Shown one piece after another: positions 36,124-48,300 of a DNA stretch of 64,000 nt. The DNA is from Vitrella brassicaformis CCMP3155 (Eukaryota > Protista > Chromerida): positions 47,655 through 111,654 of the forward strand of contig CDMY01000344.1 of NCBI GenBank assembly GCA_001179505.1, read 5' to 3'. Below the pieces are notes generated by a model that made no database searches, was not told the DNA's origin, and saw nothing but the letters and a program-made list of their open reading frames with translations. The position numbers were made by a program, and so were the translations under genes. The stretch's first letter is position 1. Every line of letters starts with the position of its first letter.

Positions 36124-37400
36124 GACGACCGTCCACCTCCCATTGGCTTGGACATCGGCTATTGGAAGCGCAGGTCGCAGGGCATGCAGGACGCTTTCGT
36201 GGAAATGGAGGCCGAGTACAAGGCGTTAAACACGAAGTTCAAGCGCCACGCCGATCAAACCAGAAAGGTCAGCCAGCTGCGCCCAGCCGGCCGTCTGTGC
36301 TCTCTATGGATTTGTGTGTGCGTTGTTCATGTGTGTAGGAGCGTCGGGCACTGCAGCAGGACAAGAATGACCTAGAGCGAACCGTCGACAGACTCAAGAA
36401 GGAGATAGAGGTGGGCAGAGCCACGAAGGGATGGGTGCAGGGCACACGTGTTTGCCTGCATGTGGCTTCAGGAGCGTGACGCCAAGCTGTCCGACAAGGA
36501 GGCGCTGCTGCAGGAAGGTGACCGTCATATCGCAGCGCTCCAGAAGGAGCTTAAGGGTGAGGCGCCACGGCCACACACACGCGTCCACGTCACTTATTTC
36601 GTGAGTTAGCATGAGTGCCATGAGCCTATGTGTGTGTCCATTCTCCCTTCTCCCTTCAGAGCTTCGGCATTCCACCCAGTCGGTCGAAAATGGCACGTAA
36701 GTAACCTCTGTCGGTCCCAATGGACAATTCGTTTACGTGTTTGGATATCGGTGTGTCCCCATCAGTCGGCAGGCGTCAGGCGGCAAGGCGCCCACAATTG
36801 CAGTGCCACGTAAGCGTATCTTGTGCCTCTTGCTTCATGTGAGCTTTATTCGTGTGGGTGCCTGGTTTTGTGTCGTGCAGCTGCAACGTCTCATCACCTC
36901 GCTGGTCCCAAACAGACACAGATGCACTACACATACGCCGGTCCACCGACACTCAATCCAATCGGTTCGTGGGTGATACAAACAGGCAGTGGCATGAACT
37001 GTATGTGCGTGTGTGTTGTGTCAGGATATGGTATGGCGGCAGCTGTCATGGTGCCGACATATTCGCCAACCAAGCCAACGTACATCGCCAGACCCGGTAG
37101 GTAGGACAAAATACGGATGGACGGACAAAGCGCTCACCGACTTGCCTGCCCCTGTTTCGACTGAGCAGCTGCACCGCCTGTGTGGGCAGTCAAGACACAA
37201 CCGTATTTCACATCTAGCGGTAGGTACATTCGACGACAAGACATGTGCTGCATCTCGTCTTGCTTTGTGAGTGTTCGTTTCTCTGTCTGGATATGCTGCA
37301 CAAACGCCTTCAGCCATGCCACGATCTGCCGCTTTGACAACAGTGGCACGAGCACCGCCCGCCAAGCGACCGAGTACGCGATCACAGAATCACATATATA
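36124..37400 (+). CDS. Coiled-coil exon cassettes forming the 3' part of the chimeric repeat/Cactin locus
   Basis: GT-AG-bounded exons DDRPPPIGLDIGYWKRRSQGMQDAFVEMEAEYKALNTKFKRHADQTRK | ERRALQQDKNDLERTVDRLKKEIE | ERDAKLSDKEALLQEGDRHIAALQKELK | ELRHSTQSVENG, followed by small exons. The frame is uncertain after ~37160. Confidence 0.5.
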
Positions 37401-37948
37401 CACACGCACACGAAGAGACGGCACATGTGCTATGTGGTGTGGTATCTGTGATGTGGTGTGATGTGCAGCATCGAAGAAGTCATGCTGCTGCGGCTTCATC
37501 GATCTGATCTTCGGCAAGAAATAGAGGACAAGAACAGGTGCAGGGTGGAGAGAAGGGAGGGTGGACACGCCAGCGGGCGCCCGAGGGTGGATGGCTGTAT
37601 GGTTTTCCATGTTTTGGAGGGAGGAGGGTGCATGCATGGCATGGCATGGCATGGATGGGGGAGAAGACACGGCCCACATGAGGCCATGATTATGGTCTGC
37701 GTACCTCTGGTGGCTTGCCTTCCCCCAATGTCCGTCGGTCTGTCTGTCTGTCTCGCGACTGCCATACGAGAGGGAAGTGGCTATTGGCTGGTTGTATGGT
37801 GTACTATTCGGCAGCGGTGAAAGGCGGGGCACCTGAGGGTGGATGGGCTGGAGCCAGGAACACAAACAAACAAACAAACAGGCAGACAGACAGACATACG
37901 GTCTTTGAAGCAAAGAAGGAATCACCGCACCTGCTTGTGTGTGTGTTT

Positions 37949-38372
37949 TTTTTTCCTCACATGAGTGGGTGCAAATGGATTGGCTGGTCCCGGCTGCATT
38001 CTGTCTGCCGGTGTGCGTGTGTGCGTGTGAATTGCATGTTATGTCTGAGCCTGGTGTATCCCTGCCACCATACTGGGTATATTCTTCCCCCTCTCTGCTG
38101 CTGCTGCCCTTATGTCTGCCTGCCTGCGCGTGCATTGATGACTCACACACACACACACACACACACACATATCATATTGACGGTATGCCGGGCCTGCTGT
38201 ATTGTGGGTGTTTTTTCCTCGCATGAGTGGGTGCACATGTATTGGCTATTGCTGCATTCTCTGGGTGTGCGTGTGAATTGTATGGTATGTTTGAGCAGAC
38301 ATGGCCTGGTGCATCCCTGCCCGCATGTCGCCGGGCACTTTCTCTGCCTGCCTGCATTGATGACACAGCACA
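37949..38372. repeat. Diverged tandem duplication (~260-bp period)
   Basis: ttttttcctc(a/g)catgagtgggtgca...gtgtgaattg...gcattgatgac occurs at ~37950-38145 and ~38212-38372. Confidence 0.7.
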
Positions 38373-39199
38373 TCCACACGTGTGGCTGCCATGCCTTTCA
38401 CCTTTACGCACACACATACACACAGATCGCTCTGTCTCTCGTGTCGCCTTCTGCTGCTATGGTGCTGTGGTGCCTGAGGTCGATTTCTCATCGCTGTGTG
38501 CTGCTGGTATGCCTCGTGATGTGGTGCGCTTGTCGCGACTGCCATCACACACAGAGGGACAGAGAGACCGAGAGAGATCGCGAGAGCTGGCAGCTGCACT
38601 CACTATCAGCTGGCTGGTTGTACGCGTGGACACATACACACACACACATCTCTGTCGACACATCTCACCGACGGGGTTTTTGAAGTGGGCGAGGGGGACG
38701 CAGAAAAGCGCACAGAGACAGGGAGAGGGGAAAGGGCAGAAGTGTGCGCGGTGAGTTAGGGATGACATGTACATGTCTGTCTTGGACTTTTGAAGTCGAA
38801 TCTACTCACGCCCAGTATCCTGGCAAGGCAAGAAGCGCCTTCTTCCATTACCCACGAGCAACTGCGCGGCGCACTCAACGCCCAGTCTGAATAGAAGCCT
38901 GCGCCCACACACATCCAAGACACATCCAGCGACACTGTGCAGCTGTATGATTGTCCCCCCGCGGCTTTTTGCTGACCCATCTTTAGAGCGACGAATTAAG
39001 GCCTGAAGAGCGATCGATGGCACCAGTCTCCTTCAGGCCTTAACAACCGTCTGGATGCAATGCAGCGCCAGCACAAGCCCTCGGCTCGACAACACAAAGA
39101 ATGAGGTGCCAGATGTGGTGCCAGATAACGAAGAAATGAAGTATGTAATACAAAGTGCTGGGCACTTAGTGCATGTCTCATGCAGCACATGAGAGCTCA

Positions 39200-40740
39200 C
39201 GTGTCGGCAAACATAAAATGTAGGCAACAATATTCAGACAGGCAGACAGGGGCAGGCATATACATTGTCTCGCCTGCTTTCCGCATTCTCCTCTCTACAC
39301 ACCCCAGCCCATCGTGTGGTGACACTGTGTGTGTCTGATGGCTTGCCCTTCATCCATTCGTCAGTCAGGCAGTCAGGCATCACATTGAACCGGTGTTACA
39401 TTCCCTCCCGTGTGCAGGCAGTATGTCGAACACACGGTCTCTGCACACGTTCATTCAGCCCATGTGTGTATGATGGTGTGTGTGTATTGCTAGGCACAGA
39501 CGCATCATCTGCAGCAATGCCATTAATGTTCACACGAGCGGCCTTCCTGCCACGGCACAAAAGGAGTCAGCAGCTATCAGCAGCGCAACCGGTGAAATGT
39601 GCAACCGATCGCTTGTGTGCCGTAGGAGAAGGTCACTCGCACAGACACAAACCAGCACATCGGAATCCAATCGTCCTATTGATATCTCTCTCTCTTCCTG
39701 TTACTTCAAACAGCCCCAGCACCTTCTTTCGAGTGCGAAAACATCCATCCACTCACCCCATCCACAGCTGTGTGACAAAAGAAGGGCACCTTCGACCCAC
39801 GCGACATTCCGGCGTGACGTGCAATCCCCTGGGTCTGTTCTCGCATGCGCCTCGTGCCTGCTGGCGCACAGCCGACCCGATCCCATTTGATGGTTCGGTT
39901 GGCCGTCAACAGCACGATGCGCTAAAAGCAAGGACAGACAGTAGGGGAGACGCAGGCACCAAGGTAGGCAGACCAATCGACATCATTCCATTCACGTGGG
40001 CCGTCGTCTTCTCTTTTCCCCACCACCACCCACCCACCCGGCCAACCCACAATCACCCTCCTCTCACCTCATCTCAGGCATCAGCGACGCAGCAGATGGT
40101 GTGTGTGTCAGCGTCAGTGTGTGGCACACAGGCATCTGCTGGCGCCGCATCCAGGGACGTCGGCCAATTGGTCGACACAGGCATCCTGTTGCACACACAC
40201 AGAGAGAAAACAAGAAGGAATGGATAGATGGATGGATGGGTGTCGGTGCTCCTCGCTCACCGGTTTGTACGTCGGTGCTGTTCTCGGCTCGGCTATCGCG
40301 CGAGCGGGATGCGCACGGGGGACTCATGCAGTCTATTGAACACAGGCAAGACAGAGAGAAGAAGTGAAGAGAGGAGATGACCTTCTGTACAGCCCTCCGC
40401 CTTCTCATGCCTTACCCCTTTCCTCCCCTTCACAGGACGAGGGGTGTCGAGAACTCCCGCGAGAGGGCGAACACGTCTTCCATCTTCCATCACCTGCGCT
40501 GTTGGATTCTGCTGCCACTGAGTCGGGTTGGTCGACCGCTCCTGTCTGGAGTGGCAGGAAATGGGTAGGCATGTGGTGGAGGGGTGGACGGCATGCGCAG
40601 AGGAAGAAAAACGTTCGTTCGAGAAGAAGAATACGGGGAAAGACGCGCGGAAAAAACGAGACGCTGCGGGCGGCATTGCCGTCTCCGAGACAGCGATTTC
40701 TCGCCGGGTATATCTGCTCGCACGTAGCACCTTCATTTAG
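39200..40740 (-). pseudogene. Third, inverted, diverged paralog of the exon-cassette family
   Basis: 40150-40430 is the reverse complement of the 33470-33720 and 36050-36125 modules (GVRHEK..LLSVLPVFNRL; caatag acceptor; gtgagcgaggagcacc donor). The 3' signature ATAAAATGTAGGCAAC is shared by ~29697 and ~39213. Confidence 0.55.
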
Positions 40741-41103
40741 CTACTTATGCGTGATGGAGGGCACCATAAGATCCTGCGCTCAGCCTGTCATAAGCATTGT
40801 GCGTTGAATCCACATGTGCGTGTCTCAATTGGTCTATTTTGTCTGTTTTGTGTTTCGATCAGTGAGGATTTTCTCACACACCAGAGTCACCACCACAATG
40901 GTACGGCAATGGCGGTGAGAAAAGGGGCACGTCATTGCGAAAAGGGAGCAGTCAAGGCGGATACGTGAGGGATGGCGCATATCAGTGAGGAAAACAGCAC
41001 TCACTTGACGCGACGGCAGCCCTCTCTTCTGTATGACCCCACAGGCATACAAAGGGGCGTGTGACGACACTGTCAGTCAGCTATCGATCTTCTCTGTACA
41101 AGG

Positions 41104-42599
41104 TCACTTTCCCTCGGCCAGACTCTCCTCAATGCGATCAACCATTTGCTTTGCCAGCCCCCCAAATCGACTCAACACACGTCGCACACTTGGGGCAGTC
41201 ACAGGGTAGCACGAGTCAAAACCAGACGCACCCTGCACTGCCTCCTCTGTCGTGTAGAGAGCCACTCGACCGTCAGACAAGTGCAGGTGCGCCGCGTTGG
41301 ACTCACCCTGCCGGTGCCCACACAACACGACCACATGCTGCTCTGCACCATCTCCCCCCACCTCGTCCCGCCACTCGCCCACCACACACCCATCCACCGT
41401 GCTGCTCGTGAAAAGCGAGCGATAGTCGTCATCGCGCGCACCCACATGTACGTCACAGACATAGCGAGGGGAGGTAGGGAGGATCGTGCGAATGGCAGCA
41501 GACGAGTAGGAAGAGACAATGTGCATGACGTCATCAGGCAGACTCTCGCCATTGTACTCCATCTCATCCCAGTCCACGTACCTGTCCCAGCGGCGGATCA
41601 CAGGGTCGCTCTTCTCATAGTGCAGTCGGAAGCGGTGCTTCGGGGGCAGCTGGTCCTCGCGCACGATGCAGAAGCGGCTGTGACCCATCTCGTACACCAC
41701 CTCGTTGCGGAATGCCCGCGGCACACGCCACCCCAAGCCCCAAGGGTCCGGGTTCAGATCCAGGCTGCAGCCGATGATGTAGTAGCCGACTGTCCGATGG
41801 ATGGCCAGGGTGAGGGGGAGGTGGCGGACGGTGCGGCTCGACAGCTGCACCCGAAGGAAGGACGCCTTGGTGGGCAGCTTGGAGCTGATCCAATTGGGTG
41901 TGATGATGACGGGAAGGGTCTGAGCTGGCTGGGGGGCTGAGGTCTCATTGGGGCTGAGGTCACCGAAGAGGGCATCGAAGAAGTCTCGAGGCAACTCCAG
42001 GTGATCGACAGCTACACCTGCCCGCCTGATCAGCTCCTCCTCATTCACATCATCCGTATCTGATCGACAACATACGGATGATGCACTGTGCCCTTTCCCC
42101 ATCGCCCTCTCCCCATTGGTGGCTCATGTATCGCACCTTGTGCATTGCGATCAATCATGCCGTGGTTGTCCGCCAAGCGAAGCAGCTGTCCCATCTTGGC
42201 CCACTCACCCTCCCCCTGCTCCACCACATACGCCACCTTGCCGAAATACTCAAAGCGCGTCAGACTCCCGCCACCGCCATCCCCCTGTGTGCCATACTGC
42301 CGGTCCACATCGACCGTGCCCACCAGCTCATGCTGCTGCAGATTGTTGTCGATGCGGCGCTCCAGGAACGTCTCGTTGACGACTCCCGTGCCATAGTTCT
42401 TGCTGGTGCGCCGCGCCAGGCATACGGCGTCCTCCACAGACAGGAATGGGAGGAAGACATCCCGGTAGACGTCAATGGGAACGGCGGTAGGTGCGTTGGA
42501 AGAGAGGGCGGTGCGCTTGCCGGTCGAGCAGGGGAGGCTGGACACGGCAGTGGTAAGGTCGTTGAGGGCGGTGGACAGCTCCGACACCTTGGTCGTCAT
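41104..42599 (-). CDS. Lineage-specific hypothetical protein with an N-terminal F-box-like motif; two coding exons
   Basis: AVPIDVYRDVFLPFLSVEDAVCLARRTSKNY resembles an F-box. Intron cgcaag|gtgcga...gatcag joins ORF 42045-42806 to ORF 41104-42102. C-terminus HVVVLCGHRQGE...YPVTAPSVRRVL. Confidence 0.7.
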
Positions 42600-43645
42600 G
42601 GCTGCCCACATGCTCGAGCCACAAGGCAGCTGACACACCAGAAGACAAGACACACAGGCAAGAGATGCATCAGTGAGCGGCGGAGCGGCTCTCGGTCCCG
42701 CCGTACATGTGGCGCAGTGGTGCACTTGAAAAGCTGCTCTGAGATGGCCATTTGAGTATCGAAGCAAGAGAGCTAAAGGCGAAGCAAAGAGACGAAGCTG
42801 CGTCATCGCTAGGTGCGGGTGCTGCCTTCACTCGATCGCTTCAGGCACCTGTGTCTGGAATGACTGGATGACCTCAAGCTGCTCCTGAAACTCACCACTG
42901 TACACCTGCCGAGCCGACAAGCAAACAATCACACAAGCACAAAAGCCAAATGACGACAGTCACCCCATTCCAGGGACGTTCCTGCTTCAATCACCGAGAG
43001 CTCGGAGCGATGCGATTTCTCATCATTAGGCTTAGACAATGCACTGCTGCCCTTGCCTGCAGCTGGCTGGCCCGCCACACGATGCTGCTTCGATGGGTCA
43101 GCGGCACTCGACATCTAACAACACACAAACACACACGCACACACACACGCACACACACACACAGTATCGATGAATGACTAAAGCGACAGGCGACTGCATC
43201 GCGCAGTGCTACCTGTGGCTTGTGTGAAGACTTGACAAACAGCTTTCGACGCTTCTTCACGTCCGCAAGGTCCTCCATCTGGTCCACAACACCATCCCAT
43301 GAATGAGAATCGATGAATTCAACTTCCTTTTGTCATTTCACACCTTCAGGCGCTGATATTGATGCAGGGAGAGCCCGGTCTGCCAAATCGCCCCTTTTTG
43401 CTAGCTTTGCGAGCTTAGAAGAGAGAAGTAGATCTCCCGGGCTGTGCGCCTTCCCCTGCCATCAGAGCCCACCGTAGCAAGCGGCGTTGATAAGGGGCGA
43501 AAACCGCGGCGGATCTGTGATTCTGTGACACCGTCTTCATCAGTTGGCTTTTTCACGCTCCTGCTGACTGCGATACGGCTATTGTGGATGCTGCCATGAC
43601 GGCAGATTGATTGCCTCTGCGGCAAGGGCGTGATCTGCATCTGAC

Positions 43646-45353
43646 ATGGCTACGAGCATCTGGCGGACGCCCGAATTCATCGACTACTATGCCGTCGACT
43701 TCTTCGGCATTCCCTCGTCCGCCGAGGGCGAAGGCGTCACGCCCTCGGCCGCCATCACCGGTCAGAAATGAGAAAAGAAAAGAACAACGGCAGCGCTCTC
43801 ATGAATCATCTCGTCTGTCTGTCTGTCAGGTGCGCTATCCTTCGGTCTTCGCATCGTGGACAAGCTCATCGCGGAGGGCCCGCAGAACACCTGGCTGCGG
43901 GAGGCCCTTGTGGCCGTCAAGTTCGCCCTCCTCCAGTGCGACGCCAACCTGGCGAAGGGCATCCCCCGCAAATACGACCCCGCCGCCATCCACAGCTTCC
44001 TCATCGATGTCGGATCGCGAGTGCGGGGCCTCGCCGCTGGCGAGTCGGTCATCCTCCCGGGCGGCGTGGCGCTCGACCTGCAGTCCAAGCCCCACTGGCT
44101 GCTGTTCATCGTCTCGAGGCCCCGTGACCGGCCCAACTACTCCTTTGCGGTGGTGAACCCTGGCGGGCTCGGTTCGGAGAACCATGCGGTGCGGCTGCTG
44201 CCGTCGCCGCCACTGGGGATCATTCAGCGGGACACACTGCTGGTGCTGGAGGGCGTGAGGGGTGAGAGGGTGGCGCACAGCTCCTTCTGGCTGCTGGTCT
44301 ACAGGCTCCTCTACAAGCCTCACGCCACCAACTTCCGCACCCTCTACAACGTCCTGCTGCCCTACCTCAATGGCAAGCCGCTGCTCTACAACTGGTTCGA
44401 CCCGCCAGATGGCAGCTGCCTTGACTCGGCCGACAGCGGGCCCGGAATGCGCGGCGCGGGGGGGCTGTGGCGGAACGAGTTCAAGGGGACGAGCACGCTC
44501 AACAGCATGGCGTCGCCGGTGGATTGCGTCATGGGGTGTGTGCTGTACTTGCTGAGGGGCCAGGGGCTGACGAGGGCCGAGGCGGCCAGCGTGGAGGTGC
44601 TTCTACACTGGGCCGTCTGCAAGGCCGTCGAGCAGGACGTCGATGCCAGTATGAAGACCAAATTCCACCGGTCCGACAAGCTACTCACAGATCTCGCCTG
44701 TCGGTAAGGGACAGCTAACAACACACATACACAAGGAGCGGACGGACCCTATCTATCCCTGTGTGTGTGTTCTGCTCTGTGTGTGTTCAGTCGGCTGGCC
44801 CAGGTGGCGTCTGACCGTGCTCTCGCTCAGGGCGAGGAGCCCAGCCGGCCGCCACCACAAGTGCACCGCCTATGGCTCACCCCCCAGCACTACCTCTCCG
44901 TCCGGCAGCTCATCGACGCCATACACACAAAGGTCAGGAGCCGGCTGCCCGCATCCCAGAACGGATACGGAGAGGGCAACTGCGCCCTCAGCCCTGCCAT
45001 CGCCGACCCCAAGTGCTCCTTTGCCGCCACGGCCACCCGGTTCCCCCTGTTTGGGAGGTTTCGGAGGGATGCGAGCGTGGAGGGCCTGGCGGGTGAGGCG
45101 CGTTCGGTGCCCTTGGTGCTGCCTGTGGAGCTGTCTGGTGTGAGTGACCGGGTGCGGAGTGTGGGCGAGGTGGGTGTGGGTCTGCGGCGGGTGGTGGAGT
45201 GCTGCACCCTGCTGGCGAACCAGAGCCAGTCGCTCAAACACACCTATTGCTGGAGATACCAGCTCATCCTGCACTTCTTTGTCCACGTGAGTGGACCACG
45301 GGAGTGGCGGGGGGAGGGAGGGAGGGAGGGAGAGATGGAAGGAGTCTTGGATC

Positions 45354-45386
<33 letters not shown>

Positions 45387-48300
45387 CTGTCATGGCTAGG
45401 TTGTGCCCCTGCCCCTGCCGCACGGCCATCCCGATCGCGCCACCAAGTGCATCTGGGCCACGTCGACACTCAGACGAGAAACACAGATCGATCTCATGAG
45501 GTAGTGCAACAAAACATGCACACCCACGGCTGGCTGGATGAATGCATCTCTCTCTCTCTCTCTCTCCGTCTTTCCAGGTTACTGCACCAGGTCTCCCGCC
45601 ATTTCCTCGCAGCCGTGTTCTCCCTCCGCAACACCCGTGGCCTGGACGCTTCGCGCATCACGGTGATGGCAGCAATCTGCTGCCTGGCCGACGCCATCTG
45701 CCGCACGCCGGCCTCCGACACGCCCAGCGCCTTCTCGCTGCACTACAGCGGCCGGGCCGAGGGGCCCGTCAAGGCCTTTGGCTTCGATATCACCTACTTT
45801 GCTGACGAGAGTGAATTCTTCCTGCTTGTCGACCCCGCCCTGAGTCTTGTGAGGTGCCAGGTAGGTCATCTAGATCTAGAGAGAGGGGGGGCGATGGCGT
45901 GTGTGATGGCCTGCCTTGCACTGGTCTGTACAGGTGTTGGATTACTTCACTGCGATATGTGACCGTTTGTCTGGTGACCATGTGGCGTATCGGTTCGAGA
46001 ACAACCTGGACCTCGGGCAGGGCGACCAAACGCTGCTCGAACAGGTCTGTCAGGTCGGCGGGTGGGGCCCCACACCGGGCAGGTGTGTGTGGATGAGTGT
46101 GTGGTTCTTTCTGCTTTGTGTGTNNNNNNNNNNNNNNNNNNNNNNNNNNNNNNNNNNNNNNNNNNNNNNNNNNNNNNNNNNNNNNNNNNNNNNNNNNNNN
46201 NNNNNNNNNNNNNNNNNNNNNNNNNNNNNNNNNNNNNNNNNNNNNNNNNNNNNNNNNNNNNNNNNNNNNNNNNNNNNNNNNNNNNNNNNNNNNNNNNNNN
46301 NNNNNNNNNNNNNNNNNNNNNNNNNNNNNNNNNNNNNNNNNNNNNNNNNNNNNNNNNNNNNNNNNNNNNNNNNNNNNNNNNNNNNNNNNNNNNNNNNNNN
46401 NNNNNNNNNNNNNNNNNNNNNNNGGGGGGGGGGGGGGGGGGGTGCACAGATATGTCTGCAAATGGGGTTCAATCGGCACCCCCAGCTGTTGCCCCTCTAC
46501 TTCTCGGGCGAACAACCAGAGGTAACCTTGGACGCAAACACACACACACCCCGGCAAATCAGTCGACGCACGTGCGTGTGTCCCTCCCTCCCTGCAGCTG
46601 ATGGATCTCTACCCCGACATGCTCTACCTCCGCGACCTCGTCTTCATGTTCAAAGTAACACAACACAACACAACACACACATCACGCAACTCACACGTCA
46701 TTCGCGCATCCCTGCGTGTCTCTCTGCCCCAGGCGCTGATGAATCCCTCCGGCGAGACCCTCCCCGAGCTCAAGCGATGGTCAGTGGCCGACGCGTCGCT
46801 CAACTGGGCCTACAACCACGCCAAGAAGACCTTCGTGGTGCGGGGGTTCGGCAAGGCCCTCGAGTGCGCCGAGTTCGTCAAGGACGACTACTACGACAAA
46901 AAAAAGAAGAAGGGCATGTTCGGCCGACTGGGGGCTTGGTTCGGCATGAAGGGCCGGGCCAGGGCGCCGCCCAGTGCGGCTGACCCAAGCAACCTCGTCC
47001 AGGGCACCAGGATCGACACTGAAGGTCGGTGAAGGGACAGGACAGGCAGAGAGGCATGGATGCGTGTGTGCGTGCGTGCGTGCGTGCGTGTGTGTGTGGT
47101 CAGATGACGTGTTGCATCTGAAGCAGCTGCCTGACTTTGAGGGGAGGCTGGGCGCGCAGGACGCGGAGCTTTTGCTGCAGTATCTCACGGCACCCTACAT
47201 CAGGTAGGTACCTACACACACGTGCATCTTGACACACATTGATGGATGGAAACACGGCCTCCTCTGTGTGTCTGCGCGTTGTGTCAGGATCCCCCTGGTG
47301 CTTCAGTTCTTCGCCGACGAGTCCAAGATCGACGCCCTCTTCTCCAAAGAGCTGCAGCAGGTCCTCAGCGCCACCCTGTTCGAGCCATCCATCTGGCAAA
47401 AGTCGTCACACAAGCCACTCCCCGGCCTCGTCCCCGCACCATCACGCGACTTCCTCGCCACCCCGCTCGGCCTGCTCTACAACGAACTCACCCACTCGCC
47501 GCGCACCGTCCTCTACGCCCTCGAGGAGCTGCTCGACATCGCCATGGACAAGGACACCGGGCGCTACACGACCCCCGCTGCGTCGATTCTGCTGTTCATC
47601 GTGCGGCTGGCCGTGCAGGTGGAGGGGTACGTGCTGTTCATCCTGCGGCACAACAAGTTCTGGGACACCCATGGCAGGGACGGGCCGTCGCCGACAGCCT
47701 CCGAGACGGACACAGGGCAGATGGCCGGGGTGGGGTGGGCGGCGAGGGTTCGGGGGCTCACCACATCCACAGACATCCTGAGCCTCCTCTCGACCGCCCA
47801 GCGGCGGGTGAGGGCACGGCTGACCGGCCCAGTGGTGCGGCTGCTGGAGGACTGGGCGGCCAAGGCCGCCCACCACTCCGACCTGCACATGGCGTGTGTG
47901 CTGTACGCCCACCTGGCCTACATCTACAAGGACACGGCAGCCGAGGAGCTCGACGCGGCGGCTGTGTCGGCGCTGCTGGTCAGCCAGGTGTTCGTCTTCA
48001 CCCACCACAACTTCAAGGCGGAGGTGAGGAGGGGCGCCGGGCTGCCGGGCTACTCGCCCCCCTCCCTCCCGGAGCAGCCCAACGCCGGAGCGGCCGCCGA
48101 GGCGGCCGCCAATCCCCAGGAGAAGACTGCAGCCGACGCCAAGGAAGACAAGGAGGCGCAGGGCGGCGACAGCCTCGGGGTGCCCGACATAGAGATGTTC
48201 TCCATCCTTCAGGCCCATCGCGTCAAGCTCCTCAGGTGGCTGCGGGCGCACCCCGAGGAGGGAGACAGGGCGATGGAGGCGGTGGTGCGGACAGTCACCT

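Noticed and set aside
29600-40750. Autonomous transposon (Helitron, MULE or retroelement) driving the cassette cluster
   Set aside because: No transposase, Rep/helicase, RT or integrase motifs, and no confidently identifiable TIRs or TSDs, so it is not reported as a mobile element.
42929-43290. Short minus-strand ORFs (MDQMEDLADVKKRRK...; MSSAADPSKQ...) as an independent gene
   Set aside because: They could be 5' exons of the 41104-42599 gene, but I could not establish an in-frame join.
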